Assembly (NCBI GenBank): GCA_963669175.1
Contig: OY769902.1
Location: forward strand, 1,088,001 to 1,152,000
DNA from: a bacterium
GTDB lineage: Bacteria > Electryoneota > Electryoneia > Electryoneales > Electryoneaceae
DNA length: 64,000 nt
Reading direction: 5' to 3'
Of this stretch, positions 20,553 through 30,348 are shown piece by piece. The position numbers and the translations under genes are program-made. Within the stretch, counting starts at the first letter, position 1, and every line of letters starts with the position of its first letter. The notes beneath the pieces were generated by a model. The model searched no databases. It saw only the letters and a list, made by a program, of their open reading frames with translations, and was not told the origin of the DNA.

Positions 20553-20760
20553 CTCACAGGATGGTAGAATAATAGGATGGCAAGGATGAAGATTATGGAA
20601 GAACTTACAGGATATACAAGATAGTATGGATGGAAAGGATAAAGATTTAAGATGCTTTTTCTTTGCGCCTTTGCGTCTTTGCGTGAAACATAAAGCAATC
20701 AATTGACTAACAGGAAATAAGACTTTCTTTACGTTTTTTACTTTCTTTACCTTTTTTACA
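20550..20760. repeat. AGGAT array followed by about 9-nt-periodic CTTTGCG and CTTT(C/T)TTTA arrays
   Basis: TGACTCACAGGAT begins at the stop codon; CTTTGCGCCTTTGCGTCTTTGCGTG at about 20661-20685. Confidence 0.75.
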
Positions 20761-20762
20761 TA

Positions 20763-20796
20763 GAAAAACCGGCCCAGAAAAGAGCCGGTTCTTTTA
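20763..20796. terminator. Likely bidirectional intrinsic terminator
   Basis: AACCGGC/GCCGGTT stem flanked by A- and T-tracts between convergent genes. Confidence 0.65.
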
Positions 20797-20817
20797 TACG
20801 AAGCGATTTCTCGCCGA

Positions 20818-21765
20818 TTACTCGTCTGCTTTCATCCTGCGGCCATTCTCGTCGTACTTGAAGAAGCCTTCTCCTGTCTTGACACCAAGCTGGCCACCAC
20901 GGACCATCTTGCGCAGCAGGGGGCAGGGACGGAACTTGAAGTCGCCGGTTTCACGGAACATGCGTTCCAGCCACTGCCAGACTTCATCGAGTCCCATGTT
21001 GTCCGCCAGTTCCAGCGGGCCCTGGTGGAAATCGTAACCGTCACGCATGGCGATGTCGATGCCTTCTGCCGTCGCGACACCCTCCATCAGGGCGTACATC
21101 GCTTCGTTGACCATGGGCAGAATCACACGTGTTGTTACGAAACCGGGGGTTTCATAGACTTCGACAACAGTCTTACGGACATCTTCCGCGAAGGACTTCG
21201 CAATGTTAAACGTGGAGTCCGAGGTCTTCATCCCACGCACGACCTCGACCAACGGCTTCTTGGGAACCGGATGCAGGAAGTGCATGCCGATAACCCGGTC
21301 CGGACGTGTGGTAACCTCACCCAGCTCGGTAACGGACAGGGTGGAGGTGTTGGTCACGAGGATGGTGCCCGGGCTGGTGATGGCATCAAGACGTTCGAAC
21401 AGGGCCTTCTTGATTTCCATCGTGTCCGGGACGGCTTCGATCACGATCAGGTAGTCACCGGTCTGGCTCAGATCGGAGGTCCAGGTAAGGCGGCTCAGGA
21501 TGGCGCGCTTATCGGATTCGGTCATGCTCCAGCGGGCAATTTCAGCGTCCAGCTTCTGGCTGAGGCGTTCTTTACGTTCTTCCAGGGAATTGTCATCACG
21601 TTCAACCAGCATCACTTCCAAACCCTTGGAAGCAACTGCCTGCGCAATGCCAAGGCCCATCTGGCCAGCGCCGACCACGGCAATCCGGTCAATAGAATCG
21701 GCTTCTTCCTGGGGCATGCCCTCGGAGCCGAGTAAATCTTTCAGGGTTTCTTCTCTATCCGCCAT
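20818..21765 (-). CDS. hbd: 3-hydroxybutyryl-CoA dehydrogenase
   Basis: Rossmann GAGQMGLGIA; TNTSTLS; GMHF; GPLELADNMGLD; GQLGVKTGEGF. Confidence 0.9.
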   Translation of the reverse strand: MADREETLKDLLGSEGMPQEEADSIDRIAVVGAGQMGLGIAQAVASKGLEVMLVERDDNSLEERKERLSQKLDAEIARWSMTESDKRAILSRLTWTSDLSQTGDYLIVIEAVPDTMEIKKALFERLDAITSPGTILVTNTSTLSVTELGEVTTRPDRVIGMHFLHPVPKKPLVEVVRGMKTSDSTFNIAKSFAEDVRKTVVEVYETPGFVTTRVILPMVNEAMYALMEGVATAEGIDIAMRDGYDFHQGPLELADNMGLDEVWQWLERMFRETGDFKFRPCPLLRKMVRGGQLGVKTGEGFFKYDENGRRMKADE

Positions 21766-21778
21766 GATGGTGTTCCAC

Positions 21779-22201
21779 CTACCTCTGCTGGATCAATTCC
21801 TGTTCCGAGAAGAACACTCCGACTTCAATCATGCCGTTTTCGACAGAGTCGCTGCCGTGTACCGTGTTCTTTTCCTTATTGACGCCAAAGTCCTTACGGA
21901 TGGTGCCCTCGACTGCTTCGGCCGGGTCGGTAGCGCCGATAACCGTACGCCAGTGCTGAATAGCGTTGTCACGTTCCAGGCCAACCAATACAACCGGTCC
22001 GCTTGTCATGTAGGCGACAAGGTCATTGAAAAAGGGGCGTTCACAATGGACGGCGTAAAAATGTTCCGCCACTTCTTTGGTCAACCGCGCCCGTTTCATC
22101 CCAAGTATGGTAAAACCTTCTTTTTCAATGCGGGCCAGGATATCACCCACATGCTTGTTCTCAACCCCGTCGGGCTTGATAATGCACAATGTCCGTTCCA
22201 C
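21779..22201 (-). CDS. ndk: Nucleoside diphosphate kinase
   Basis: [12 protein letters not shown]; GATDP; NTVHGSDS. Confidence 0.98.
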   Translation of the reverse strand: MERTLCIIKPDGVENKHVGDILARIEKEGFTILGMKRARLTKEVAEHFYAVHCERPFFNDLVAYMTSGPVVLVGLERDNAIQHWRTVIGATDPAEAVEGTIRKDFGVNKEKNTVHGSDSVENGMIEVGVFFSEQELIQQR

Positions 22202-22254
22202 GAATCCCGTTCTCCGAGTTTATCACCTTACGAACCTGTGAAGGCTCGCATCTA

Positions 22255-22488
22255 TCACGAATCTTCTTCTTTCTTGTCCTGTTCTGCTTTCTTGGTAAAA
22301 AACTTCTGCTGGCTGACAAAGCCAAACATAATGATCATTGTTGTCACACCAGCGCCCGCGCCAAGGTAATTCTGAATCAGGTCATAGCCTCCGGTGCCTT
22401 TCAACGCATGGGAGCATACCAGAATAATAGCGCCCCACACAACCGAATTTGCGATGATCGTAACACCAAGCGATATCGACTTATGCAT
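22255..22488 (-). CDS. Small two-TM hypothetical protein
   Basis: Two hydrophobic segments; GGAGA before ATG 22488. Confidence 0.65.
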   Translation of the reverse strand: MHKSISLGVTIIANSVVWGAIILVCSHALKGTGGYDLIQNYLGAGAGVTTMIIMFGFVSQQKFFTKKAEQDKKEEDS

Positions 22489-22597
22489 CTTTCCGTCTCC
22501 ACTTTCTGGTTTGGCTCCGTAGCGAGACAATCACCTCTGTGGACATGCGTCACGTACATGATGAAAGAGCAATACTGTCCAATCAGTCTAACCGGCC

Positions 22598-23146
22598 TTA
22601 ATTCGTTACTGCTGGCGCCAGCTTGTCCTGTTCAATCAGCTCCTTTACTTCTTTCGCTGCGGCATTACACGCATATTGAATCGCGGTCTGACTGTCCAGG
22701 GATGCGCCGCTGGATACCAGCCAGTCCGAAGAATTTACGCTGCCACTCGCATAAATCAGGTTATCCGAGCCACGGCGCAATGTATATTCGCAGCGTACCG
22801 TAATCCCACCCTCGCCAATCGTCTGGCGATAGGCCTGCTGGAATGTCAGGGACATCTCCATGACGATGTAGTCACGCGGATCTGCCGGTGTATTTTCAAT
22901 TTCATCGGCAGGGATATAGGGCAACCCCTGATCATAAAACGCCTCTTCCGCGAACTGGGTTGCCAGGCGTTGAATGTCTTCATGGGATACGGAAGATTCA
23001 CGATTATACGAGAAAATATCGCCCACCGTTACATGCTTGGGTATGTACCCCGCTTCCGTTTCACGAGTCATCCCACCACCGGCACAGCCCATCATGGTAA
23101 CCAGTAAACCAGTCAATACAATGCCAATGATCAAACGCTTCATCAT
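22598..23146 (-). CDS. Hypothetical lipoprotein
   Basis: Signal peptide with lipobox MMGC; GGGAGGGAG RBS. Confidence 0.75.
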   Translation of the reverse strand: MMKRLIIGIVLTGLLVTMMGCAGGGMTRETEAGYIPKHVTVGDIFSYNRESSVSHEDIQRLATQFAEEAFYDQGLPYIPADEIENTPADPRDYIVMEMSLTFQQAYRQTIGEGGITVRCEYTLRRGSDNLIYASGSVNSSDWLVSSGASLDSQTAIQYACNAAAKEVKELIEQDKLAPAVTN

Positions 23147-23223
23147 GGTTGCTCCCTCCCAATCGTGTCCGAAACTTGACCGCTGTCAAGGTACGGTATG
23201 TCAAGAAACACGTCAACCGCTGA

Positions 23224-23919
23224 CTATTCCTGAGTCTCACCCGTATTTGCAGATACATAGGCGATATCCTGGGCCTGGTGACCGCCAAGGATATTGTTGT
23301 TTATTGTGCCTTCAGCCTGACGAGCCTCCCAGGTCTCCGCAAGCTGTTTGATCCGCTTCAATATCTTACGGTTCAGCAGGGCGTCCGCAGGTTCAATGAA
23401 ATGCGCCTTCAGGATACCTGTCCAGCCATGCCAGTCCAGGCGAATACGCTGCGTAAGCCGTGTCGCTCCAAGACCAACCGGCTCGACAATCATCTCGGTG
23501 CAGGCGTCCAGTGATGACCCGAAACAGGGATACAAGCCTTCCGCCAGCCAGACAATACTGCGGCCCGGCTCAACCTGCACAATCCGCCCCATTTTGGAGC
23601 CACTTTCGCCTGCGGCCGGCTCCGGAAGATCCAGAATGTAGTTTGCCGAAGGACGGTTGCCGTTCATCAGGTAATCCCAGACGTAATACCCGCCGCCACG
23701 GCCCCACTGCGCAATCCAGGGCCAGACTTCTTCGACTGGACGGAAAATGGTGACCGCACGTGTCCATTGCAACTTGTCACCGATGATATAATCGCCCGGC
23801 AACCGCATGTCACGCTCGGCAGTGCTGGAGCCCCAGTTCACAAGTCGCGGGCGGAGCAATCCCAGCCAGATCAGTTCAAGACCTGCTGCGCTGATGAGTA
23901 GTTTGCTCCACTTTTTCAT
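23224..23919 (-). CDS. SRPBCC/START-like membrane-anchored protein
   Basis: WGS...LPGD...TRAVTI..PVEEVWPWIAQWG..GGYY. Confidence 0.72.
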   Translation of the reverse strand: MKKWSKLLISAAGLELIWLGLLRPRLVNWGSSTAERDMRLPGDYIIGDKLQWTRAVTIFRPVEEVWPWIAQWGRGGGYYVWDYLMNGNRPSANYILDLPEPAAGESGSKMGRIVQVEPGRSIVWLAEGLYPCFGSSLDACTEMIVEPVGLGATRLTQRIRLDWHGWTGILKAHFIEPADALLNRKILKRIKQLAETWEARQAEGTINNNILGGHQAQDIAYVSANTGETQE

Positions 23920-23967
23920 GCTCTATCCTCGCGTGGAAATACACTCGCACTTTTCAACTGCTTTTCA

Positions 23968-24119
23968 TCCTCGAGATCCCCGTTCAAGCCGGGGATGACA
24001 GAGGGGGTGACATTGGACAAGCCGGGGATGATATTTAGCGGACGACATTGAACAAGCCGGGGATGATATTTAGCGGACGACATTGAACAAGCCAGGGATG
24101 ACATTTAGCGGACGACATT
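23968..24119. repeat. Family A palindrome followed by three tandem 35-bp derivative units
   Basis: GACATTG(G/A)ACAAGCC(G/A)GGGATGA(T/C)ATTTAGCGGAC starting at 24009, 24044 and 24079, with a partial copy at 24114. Confidence 0.92.
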
Positions 24120-24129
24120 ACTCTGGTCT

Positions 24130-24609
24130 TTGGCCCCGTCCGGCTTGAAGCACGCCGTAGCTTGCGAAGGCGGCTGTCCGGCGGGGTCTATTCTAAATCA
24201 AATAAATAGGTTAGTCCACTTGTTTTCATTCAGTCCCGATGCGCTCCAGGTTTTGCTGTAGATCACAGTTACGTCAACGTATCCCTGCATCGTCGATCAT
24301 TCTGGTTTCATTACGTGCGGGTCGGGCCACCCAGGCTCTCCGCAGTTCCCGACTTGCTCATCATCCGCATCACAGGACGACGCCCAGCAAGTGTAGTCAG
24401 CATTTCGAGAATACTATCCTATACTTCCGGCAAATCGGGCCATGCACTTTGCCAGAAACGTACAGGGCCACCCATTATTTATTCCGTCATTCATTCAGTG
24501 TTTTACATTACGCAGTTTTTATCCTGAATATCCTTCTTATTCTGTCCAGCCTGTAAACTCAATTCTTTTTCATCCTTGATATCCTATTATCCTACTATCC
24601 TGTGAGTCA
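24130..24609. repeat. Composite intergenic module: family B hairpin, 100-bp conserved-end element and ATCCT array
   Basis: Same order of parts as 27814-28182. Confidence 0.8.
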
Positions 24610-24615
24610 GAGAAT

Positions 24616-26052
24616 CTACTTCAGCGTATCAATCAACCGTGTGATCACGTTCGCGGGGAACACCGCTCCCGCTTCCAGGATACCACGATTTTCCTCGAGC
24701 GCTTTGGCTACTTCAGGCATAGTATGCGGCACAGACGCCACACCGGCGCCATCCGGGTTGAACTTGGTCTTCTCCAGCAGTGCATCCAGGTTTTCCACAT
24801 CCTTGCCGTAGATCATACCCTGCGAGATTCCCGCCAGCAACAGGTGCGGGTGCGCGCTGCCGTCCGGGAGACGGAACTCGACCGTCGGAGGTGAAACCGC
24901 CTTGCCTTCTTCATCACGTGCGACCACAGGCAGACGAATTAAAGTCTTACGGTTATATTTGCCCCACGTTACGGTATTGGGCGCTTCCTTGCCCTGGGTC
25001 AGACGGATAAAGGATCCATCCACACGGTTTCCGAAGGCCATCAACGCGCCGCCAACCTGGCCCAATCCTGCGATCAGCCACTTGGCCGGTTCCAGCATGT
25101 TCCCTTTTTCGTCTTCACCGCCGCTGTGTACACCATCAACCACCGGCGAACAATGGAAGTGCATACCGCTGCCGGCATGACCTCTGCGCACGATCGGTTC
25201 GAAGGTGCAACGCATGCCGTACCGATGCGCCAGGTTACGCAGCACCCACTGGGTCAACACGACCGCTTCGGCAGCGCGTGGCAACGGCATCAACGCCAGT
25301 TCCACTTCGTGCTGTTCCCAGATATAGGGATCGTCTTCCGTCGCTTCAATATAGCCGACTTCACTATGAGCGTACTTGACCGGAATACCGAACTCGGCCA
25401 GCAGGGTGATCGCTTCACGACGCAACGGTTCACCGAATACAAACGGGGCGGTAGCGTGGTAGCCACGGTCATCCGCGCCGTACGCATCACTTTCATCGGG
25501 ACGCTTGCCCAGGAAATATTCCACTTCACCCAGGGCGTGCAGATCCACACCGATTTCATGTTTGGCGCGGTTATAGGCGAAACGGATGATGGTATCGGGA
25601 GATTCGGGAAGCGGCGCGCCATCACGTCCCAGGTGACCACACAGCAGCGCCAGGGTAGGACGCGGAGCAAAAGGATCGATAAAGGCCGTGTGCAGCTTCG
25701 GACGCAATACCACGTCAGACGCGGTAGTGTCAATGCCCATCATGCCGAACAGGGAAGAACCGTCAGCACGTTCCCCGGCACGCAGCACATCACGCAGATG
25801 GGAAAAATCACGCGGGACAAAATCCAGCGTTTTTAACCAACCGTCACCGCCGATATGCATCAGGCTGATGACGCGAATGTTCATTTCACGCACGACTTCG
25901 ATCAGGTCATCCACTGTCCAGTCGCGTGAGGGTTTGCCGATCATACGCTCAAGACGAGCAGCCGGTAGCGGGTTTACGTTTTCGTCCTGCCCCAGGGGTA
26001 ACCGTTCTGAAAGCGCCCGGACTTGCCGATCGCTGGGATGAGTGTATTGCAT
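24616..26052 (-). CDS. Glutamine synthetase family protein (about 480 aa)
   Basis: ADGSSLF; GEVEYF; HSEVG; EQHEVE; GHAGSGMHFH; VEFRLPDGSAHPHL; GAGGAG before ATG 26052. Confidence 0.88.
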   Translation of the reverse strand: MQYTHPSDRQVRALSERLPLGQDENVNPLPAARLERMIGKPSRDWTVDDLIEVVREMNIRVISLMHIGGDGWLKTLDFVPRDFSHLRDVLRAGERADGSSLFGMMGIDTTASDVVLRPKLHTAFIDPFAPRPTLALLCGHLGRDGAPLPESPDTIIRFAYNRAKHEIGVDLHALGEVEYFLGKRPDESDAYGADDRGYHATAPFVFGEPLRREAITLLAEFGIPVKYAHSEVGYIEATEDDPYIWEQHEVELALMPLPRAAEAVVLTQWVLRNLAHRYGMRCTFEPIVRRGHAGSGMHFHCSPVVDGVHSGGEDEKGNMLEPAKWLIAGLGQVGGALMAFGNRVDGSFIRLTQGKEAPNTVTWGKYNRKTLIRLPVVARDEEGKAVSPPTVEFRLPDGSAHPHLLLAGISQGMIYGKDVENLDALLEKTKFNPDGAGVASVPHTMPEVAKALEENRGILEAGAVFPANVITRLIDTLK

Positions 26053-26279
26053 GCTCTCCTCGCTGTAACAAAAACTGCATCTCGTTCGAACATTCGCAAA
26101 CAAACCGGTTCTGCATCAGACCGGGCTGACGGTTTTCTGCCGCCGGGTATGTACGAATGCAGACTTCGAGAATTCTTTCACATCTTACCTTCGGAAAACT
26201 ACAATGTTTAGGCGTGAGAGGCAACGTGAGGCAAAGGGGGGCTCCGGTGCTGTCTCCTTACAGGGAAAAGCGATTTTCC

Positions 26280-27773
26280 TTACTTCAAGCGACGTCGAAT
26301 CGCGGCTTTTTCATCCTCGGCAGCGATGTAACCCCACCAAATTATCGGCAGTAGAACAACCACCGCTACACGTACCAGCCAGACAACCGAAATCACAGCT
26401 AACGTCGGGCCGTGTGCGTCCATCAGTGCATCTTCAACTGTGATCGCAACCCCAAACGCCGCGCCTGTACTCAACACAATGCGTCCGATACGTTGCCATT
26501 CATACGGTACCGGGTACTTCGGCGCGATATAAGCGTACATCAGGCCCGCCATCATCACGAAGCTCAATACGGTCAACCACGCGCTGGCCATGTAACCGTA
26601 AATCGGGATCAGGAAGTAGTTGCCGACAATGTTCACCACCGCCGCGCTGCCGATCACGACCGGAATAATCAGCGTGCGTTTCTGGATATACACGCCGACC
26701 ATGAAGTTGGCGTAGACACCGTTGAAGATATGCGCCAGCATAATGATCGGGATGACCTGCAAACCAGCCCAGTAGGGTTCCGCGATCAAGACACCGATGC
26801 CCGGGATGTGCATTTTCAGCAAATCGCCCAGCATCAGCGAAGCGCCCAGCCAGATCAATGCAGTGAAGGCCATGTAATAGGTGAGCACACGTGCGAACGT
26901 CTCTTTCGAATCCGCATCCTTGGCCGTCTGCAGGAAGAACGGTTGCCAGGCAAAACGGAATGCCTGGGCGACCATGTTCATCAGCATACCGACACGATAC
27001 CCGGCAGCGTAAATCCCCGCCTGGTCCACGCCCATCAGCAGCTCAACCCATTTCCGGTCAGAAAACTCCACCGCGTAGAAGAACAGCATTGATGGCAGGT
27101 TGGGCAGCCCGAAGATCAGCCACGGTTTCACCAGTGACCAGCTCCAGGTCAGACGGATATGCTTGATCACGACGAAAATCAAGGCCAGCAGGGTGACAAC
27201 CGAGGTCCAGAAAAAAGCCCAGAACGCACCCAGGGCGCCCATGTGCAATGCGCCGACCAGGTAAACATTCAAACCGATATTGACAACGACATTCGAGAGT
27301 TTAAAGATGGAAAAGGTGATCGCGCGATGCTGAATGCGCAGGTAGCCGTAGATGTGGTAGCACATCGTATCCAGCAGCATCACCAGCGCGGCCAGTTGGG
27401 CCATGGTACGGATGTCGATGCCCTGGGCATCCTTCACCACAACCTGTGCAACCGGTTCTGCGAACAGGAAGAGGAGAGTGGTGATAATTCCGCCGAATAG
27501 TAACGTATGCACCAGCACCGCGCCAAGATTTCGCTTCTGGTCCTTCAATTCCGCGTCGGCAGTGAAACGTAGAAACGCGATGTCCATGCCCTGGATATAG
27601 AAGGGCTGCACGACAGCGACGAGGATCATGAACAGCGTGTAAATCCCATACTCGGCCGGGGTCATAAGGTGAGAATAATAGGGCAGCAAAAGGAACGCGA
27701 CTGCACGAGTCAGGATGGTCCCGACCCCGTACAACGCCGAATCCTTCACCAGGTTTTTGATTTTTCCGAACAC
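26280..27773 (-). CDS. Oligosaccharide flippase (Wzx/PST family)
   Basis: KDSALYG...FLLLPYYSHLMTPAEYG; multiple TMs; GIYAAGYR; N-x-x-LIPIYGYMASAW. Confidence 0.88.
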   Translation of the reverse strand: MFGKIKNLVKDSALYGVGTILTRAVAFLLLPYYSHLMTPAEYGIYTLFMILVAVVQPFYIQGMDIAFLRFTADAELKDQKRNLGAVLVHTLLFGGIITTLLFLFAEPVAQVVVKDAQGIDIRTMAQLAALVMLLDTMCYHIYGYLRIQHRAITFSIFKLSNVVVNIGLNVYLVGALHMGALGAFWAFFWTSVVTLLALIFVVIKHIRLTWSWSLVKPWLIFGLPNLPSMLFFYAVEFSDRKWVELLMGVDQAGIYAAGYRVGMLMNMVAQAFRFAWQPFFLQTAKDADSKETFARVLTYYMAFTALIWLGASLMLGDLLKMHIPGIGVLIAEPYWAGLQVIPIIMLAHIFNGVYANFMVGVYIQKRTLIIPVVIGSAAVVNIVGNYFLIPIYGYMASAWLTVLSFVMMAGLMYAYIAPKYPVPYEWQRIGRIVLSTGAAFGVAITVEDALMDAHGPTLAVISVVWLVRVAVVVLLPIIWWGYIAAEDEKAAIRRRLK

Positions 27774-27813
27774 GCTCGTTACTACCCTTTGCTAAGGTTG
27801 TTACACGCTATGA

Positions 27814-28182
27814 CTATTGGCCCCGAACGGCTTGTCCGGCGGGGTTTATTTTAATTCGATAACGGAGTAAGTCCTTCAGTTGTTGATCACTTATCTCCGT
27901 CCCGATGCGCTACACGTTTCATTTGAATTTGAACATCTATCTCCGTATCCAAAGCGATGACTGATTTTTTGCTTCATCACGTGCGGATCGGGCCACCCGT
28001 CTATGTATCTTTATTAAAATTAAATAGTTAGCTTGAGGTGGCATTATATTATTCCGTTTGACAATACGATCAGTCTTTCATCCTGATTATCCATCCTATC
28101 CTGTCCACCCTATCCTGTCCATCCTGTAAATTCACTTATTCTTTATCCTCGAAATCCTATTACCCTATCATCCTGTGAGTCA
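27814..28182. repeat. Composite intergenic module (second copy)
   Basis: TTGGCCCCG hairpin; GTCCCGATGCGCT...ACGTGCGGATCGGGCCACCC (27899-27998); ATCCT array ending ATCCTGTGAGTCA. Confidence 0.8.
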
Positions 28183-28183
28183 T

Positions 28184-28990
28184 CTACAAATTCTGTGAGA
28201 GCGGAACCCGCACGACACGGAAGCCGAAGTGCCACCACCCAGAGAGGGGATCGGAGCCGGTACGTGCTGTGGTACGGCAAGCTCCGGCATAATCAGCCCA
28301 TCCACCGCCACGACGTACACGGAACTGTGCGGGTGGATGTTCCCACGCGCTGCCATCATTCGGCGCACCTTCATAGCTTGCGTACAGCCAGTCACGGCAC
28401 CATTCGGACACGTTCCCGTGCATGTCGTACAATCCCCATGCGTTGGGCTGTTTCTGTGCGACCGCATGCGCCTGACCGTCAGCGTTATCAAGGAACCAGC
28501 CCTGTCGAACCAGGTGCGCTGTGCTGTCGCCGCCGTGGTAGACGTGTTCACTCCCGGCCAGGCAGGCGTATTCCCATTGCGCTTCTGAAGGTAACGAATA
28601 GCTATGGGTGGAATCCATCATTTGCAGGCGACGGATAAATTCTTCCGCGTCGAACCAGCTTATCCCTTCCACAGGCAGGGCCGCATCATCACCTGAACCG
28701 TGTGTCGCGGAATCCATGAGCGCACGCCACATGCCGACGGTGACTTCAGTGGTCATGATTTCAAAGGAGGGCAGGGAGACATGGTGCGCGGGCGCTTCTC
28801 CAGGACCGAACGCGTTGGAGCCCATGATGAACTCCCCGTCAGGCAGCACGGCAAAAGTCATCCCCGGAAGCGGGCCGGGCCGGGTTTCAATCGGCGGCGT
28901 GGAGCTTCCGAAATGAAAACATCCCGGCAGCAGACAAATTGCGCTGCATGCCAGGATTGAAAGTGCAATGGAGAAACGTGTGATAATCAG
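28184..28990 (-). CDS. FGE-sulfatase (SUMF1) domain protein, probably a lipoprotein with a non-ATG start
   Basis: GEFIMGS; TEVT; LPSEAQWEYAC; PNAWGLYDMHGNVSEWC; RRGGGW; GFRVVR; open frame extends 43 codons upstream of ATG 28861 and encodes a signal peptide with LPGC. Confidence 0.85.
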   Translation of the reverse strand: MIITRFSIALSILACSAICLLPGCFHFGSSTPPIETRPGPLPGMTFAVLPDGEFIMGSNAFGPGEAPAHHVSLPSFEIMTTEVTVGMWRALMDSATHGSGDDAALPVEGISWFDAEEFIRRLQMMDSTHSYSLPSEAQWEYACLAGSEHVYHGGDSTAHLVRQGWFLDNADGQAHAVAQKQPNAWGLYDMHGNVSEWCRDWLYASYEGAPNDGSAWEHPPAQFRVRRGGGWADYAGACRTTARTGSDPLSGWWHFGFRVVRVPLSQNL

Positions 28991-29007
28991 TCACCTGCCA
29001 TGTTTGA

Positions 29008-30348
29008 CTAGCCCACCTTGACAATAAGATAATCCTTCTTTCCCTTGCGAAGAATAATGGTCTTCGAAGGAAGCAGGTCCGCCGAAGTCAGCAGACGTTC
29101 TTCTGCCTGACGCTCGTTATTGACATACATGGCGCCCTGTTTCAGCATACGTTTGGCTTCACCCTTGCTCTTCAACAGACCACCATCGGCCACGACATCA
29201 ACCAGGGAAACACCTTCTTCCAGCGCGGACTGTGAAAGCTCAAACTGTGGCGCAGCGGCAAAGATCTGACGTACCAGGTCACCGTCCAGCTTTGTCAGGT
29301 CTCCGGCGTACAGGGCTTCCGCGCCGAGCTTCATCTTGTCCGCCTGCTCTGCGCCGTGAACCATGGCGGTGACTTCCCACGCCAGCCGTTTCTGGGCTTC
29401 ACGCTGTTCCGGGTGCTCCTGCACCTGCTTTTCCAGCTCGGCGATCTCGGCCATCGGGAGGAAGGTGAACAGTTTCAGCAGCTTCACCACTTCCGAGTCC
29501 TCACGACGGATCAGGTACTGGTAGAAATCCCAGACACTGGTGCGTTCCGCGTCAAGGAAAATCGCGCCCTTCTCGCTCTTGCCGAACTTCTTGCCATCGG
29601 CGGAAGTCAGGAGCGGGAAGGTGAGGCCGTACGTCTGTTCCCCACGCTTCGTATCACTGCCACCAACCTCTTCGCCGAGCGACTGCCACAGGGTATCATC
29701 CGCCTGGAAGCGACGGATCAGGTCGATCCCGGAGGTGATATTGCCCCACTGGTCCCCACCGCCGACCTGGAGACGGCAGCCGTGACGGGCGTTTAACTGC
29801 AAAAAGTCGATCGACTGCAGGCACATGTAGCTGAATTCTGTGTAAGAGATGCCCTGGGAACGGTCTTCCAGGCGACGCCTTACACTCTCCTTGGCCATCA
29901 TGGCGTTCACACTGAAATGCTTGCCGTACAGGCGCAGGTAACGGATCAGCGAGATATCCTTCATCCAGTCATAGTTATTGACAAAGGTAACGCCTTGTTT
30001 GTCGCCTTCATCTTCTTGGGGAAGCAGCTTGCTCAGTTGCTTGCGCTGGCCTTCCACGTTGGCGAACAGGGCTTCTTCGTTGAGGAAAGAGCGTTCCTGG
30101 TCCTTGCCCGAGGGATCGCCGATCATCCCGGTTGCTCCGCCCAGCAGGGCGAATACCTTGTGACCGGTCCGCTGAAAGTGCATCAGGCCGAGAACCGGAA
30201 TCAGGCTTCCCAGGTGCAGACTGTCAGCGGTGGGGTCAAAGCCGCAGTACACGGTTTGCGGTGTGTTGACCAGCTCGCGAATGCCCTCTTCATCGGTAAT
30301 CTGCTCGATGAACCCACGTTCTTTCAGGATGTCGAATACGTTTTCCAT
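29008..30348 (-). CDS. tyrS: Tyrosine--tRNA ligase
   Basis: YCGFDPTADSLHLGS; QVGGGDQWGNI; KFGKS; C-terminal S4 domain. Confidence 0.98.
   Translation of the reverse strand: MENVFDILKERGFIEQITDEEGIRELVNTPQTVYCGFDPTADSLHLGSLIPVLGLMHFQRTGHKVFALLGGATGMIGDPSGKDQERSFLNEEALFANVEGQRKQLSKLLPQEDEGDKQGVTFVNNYDWMKDISLIRYLRLYGKHFSVNAMMAKESVRRRLEDRSQGISYTEFSYMCLQSIDFLQLNARHGCRLQVGGGDQWGNITSGIDLIRRFQADDTLWQSLGEEVGGSDTKRGEQTYGLTFPLLTSADGKKFGKSEKGAIFLDAERTSVWDFYQYLIRREDSEVVKLLKLFTFLPMAEIAELEKQVQEHPEQREAQKRLAWEVTAMVHGAEQADKMKLGAEALYAGDLTKLDGDLVRQIFAAAPQFELSQSALEEGVSLVDVVADGGLLKSKGEAKRMLKQGAMYVNNERQAEERLLTSADLLPSKTIILRKGKKDYLIVKVG

Noticed and set aside
24009-24119. Possible CRISPR array
   Set aside because: The 35-bp units are contiguous with no unique spacers, and there are no cas genes in the window.
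24616-24660. Glutamine synthetase truncated by the adjacent AGGAT array
   Set aside because: The C-terminus may be slightly short, but all catalytic motifs are present and the stop lies outside the array; cannot be supported without an alignment.
28184-28861. FGE-sulfatase gene as a diversity-generating retroelement target
   Set aside because: No reverse transcriptase and no template-repeat copy of its 3' end seen in the window.
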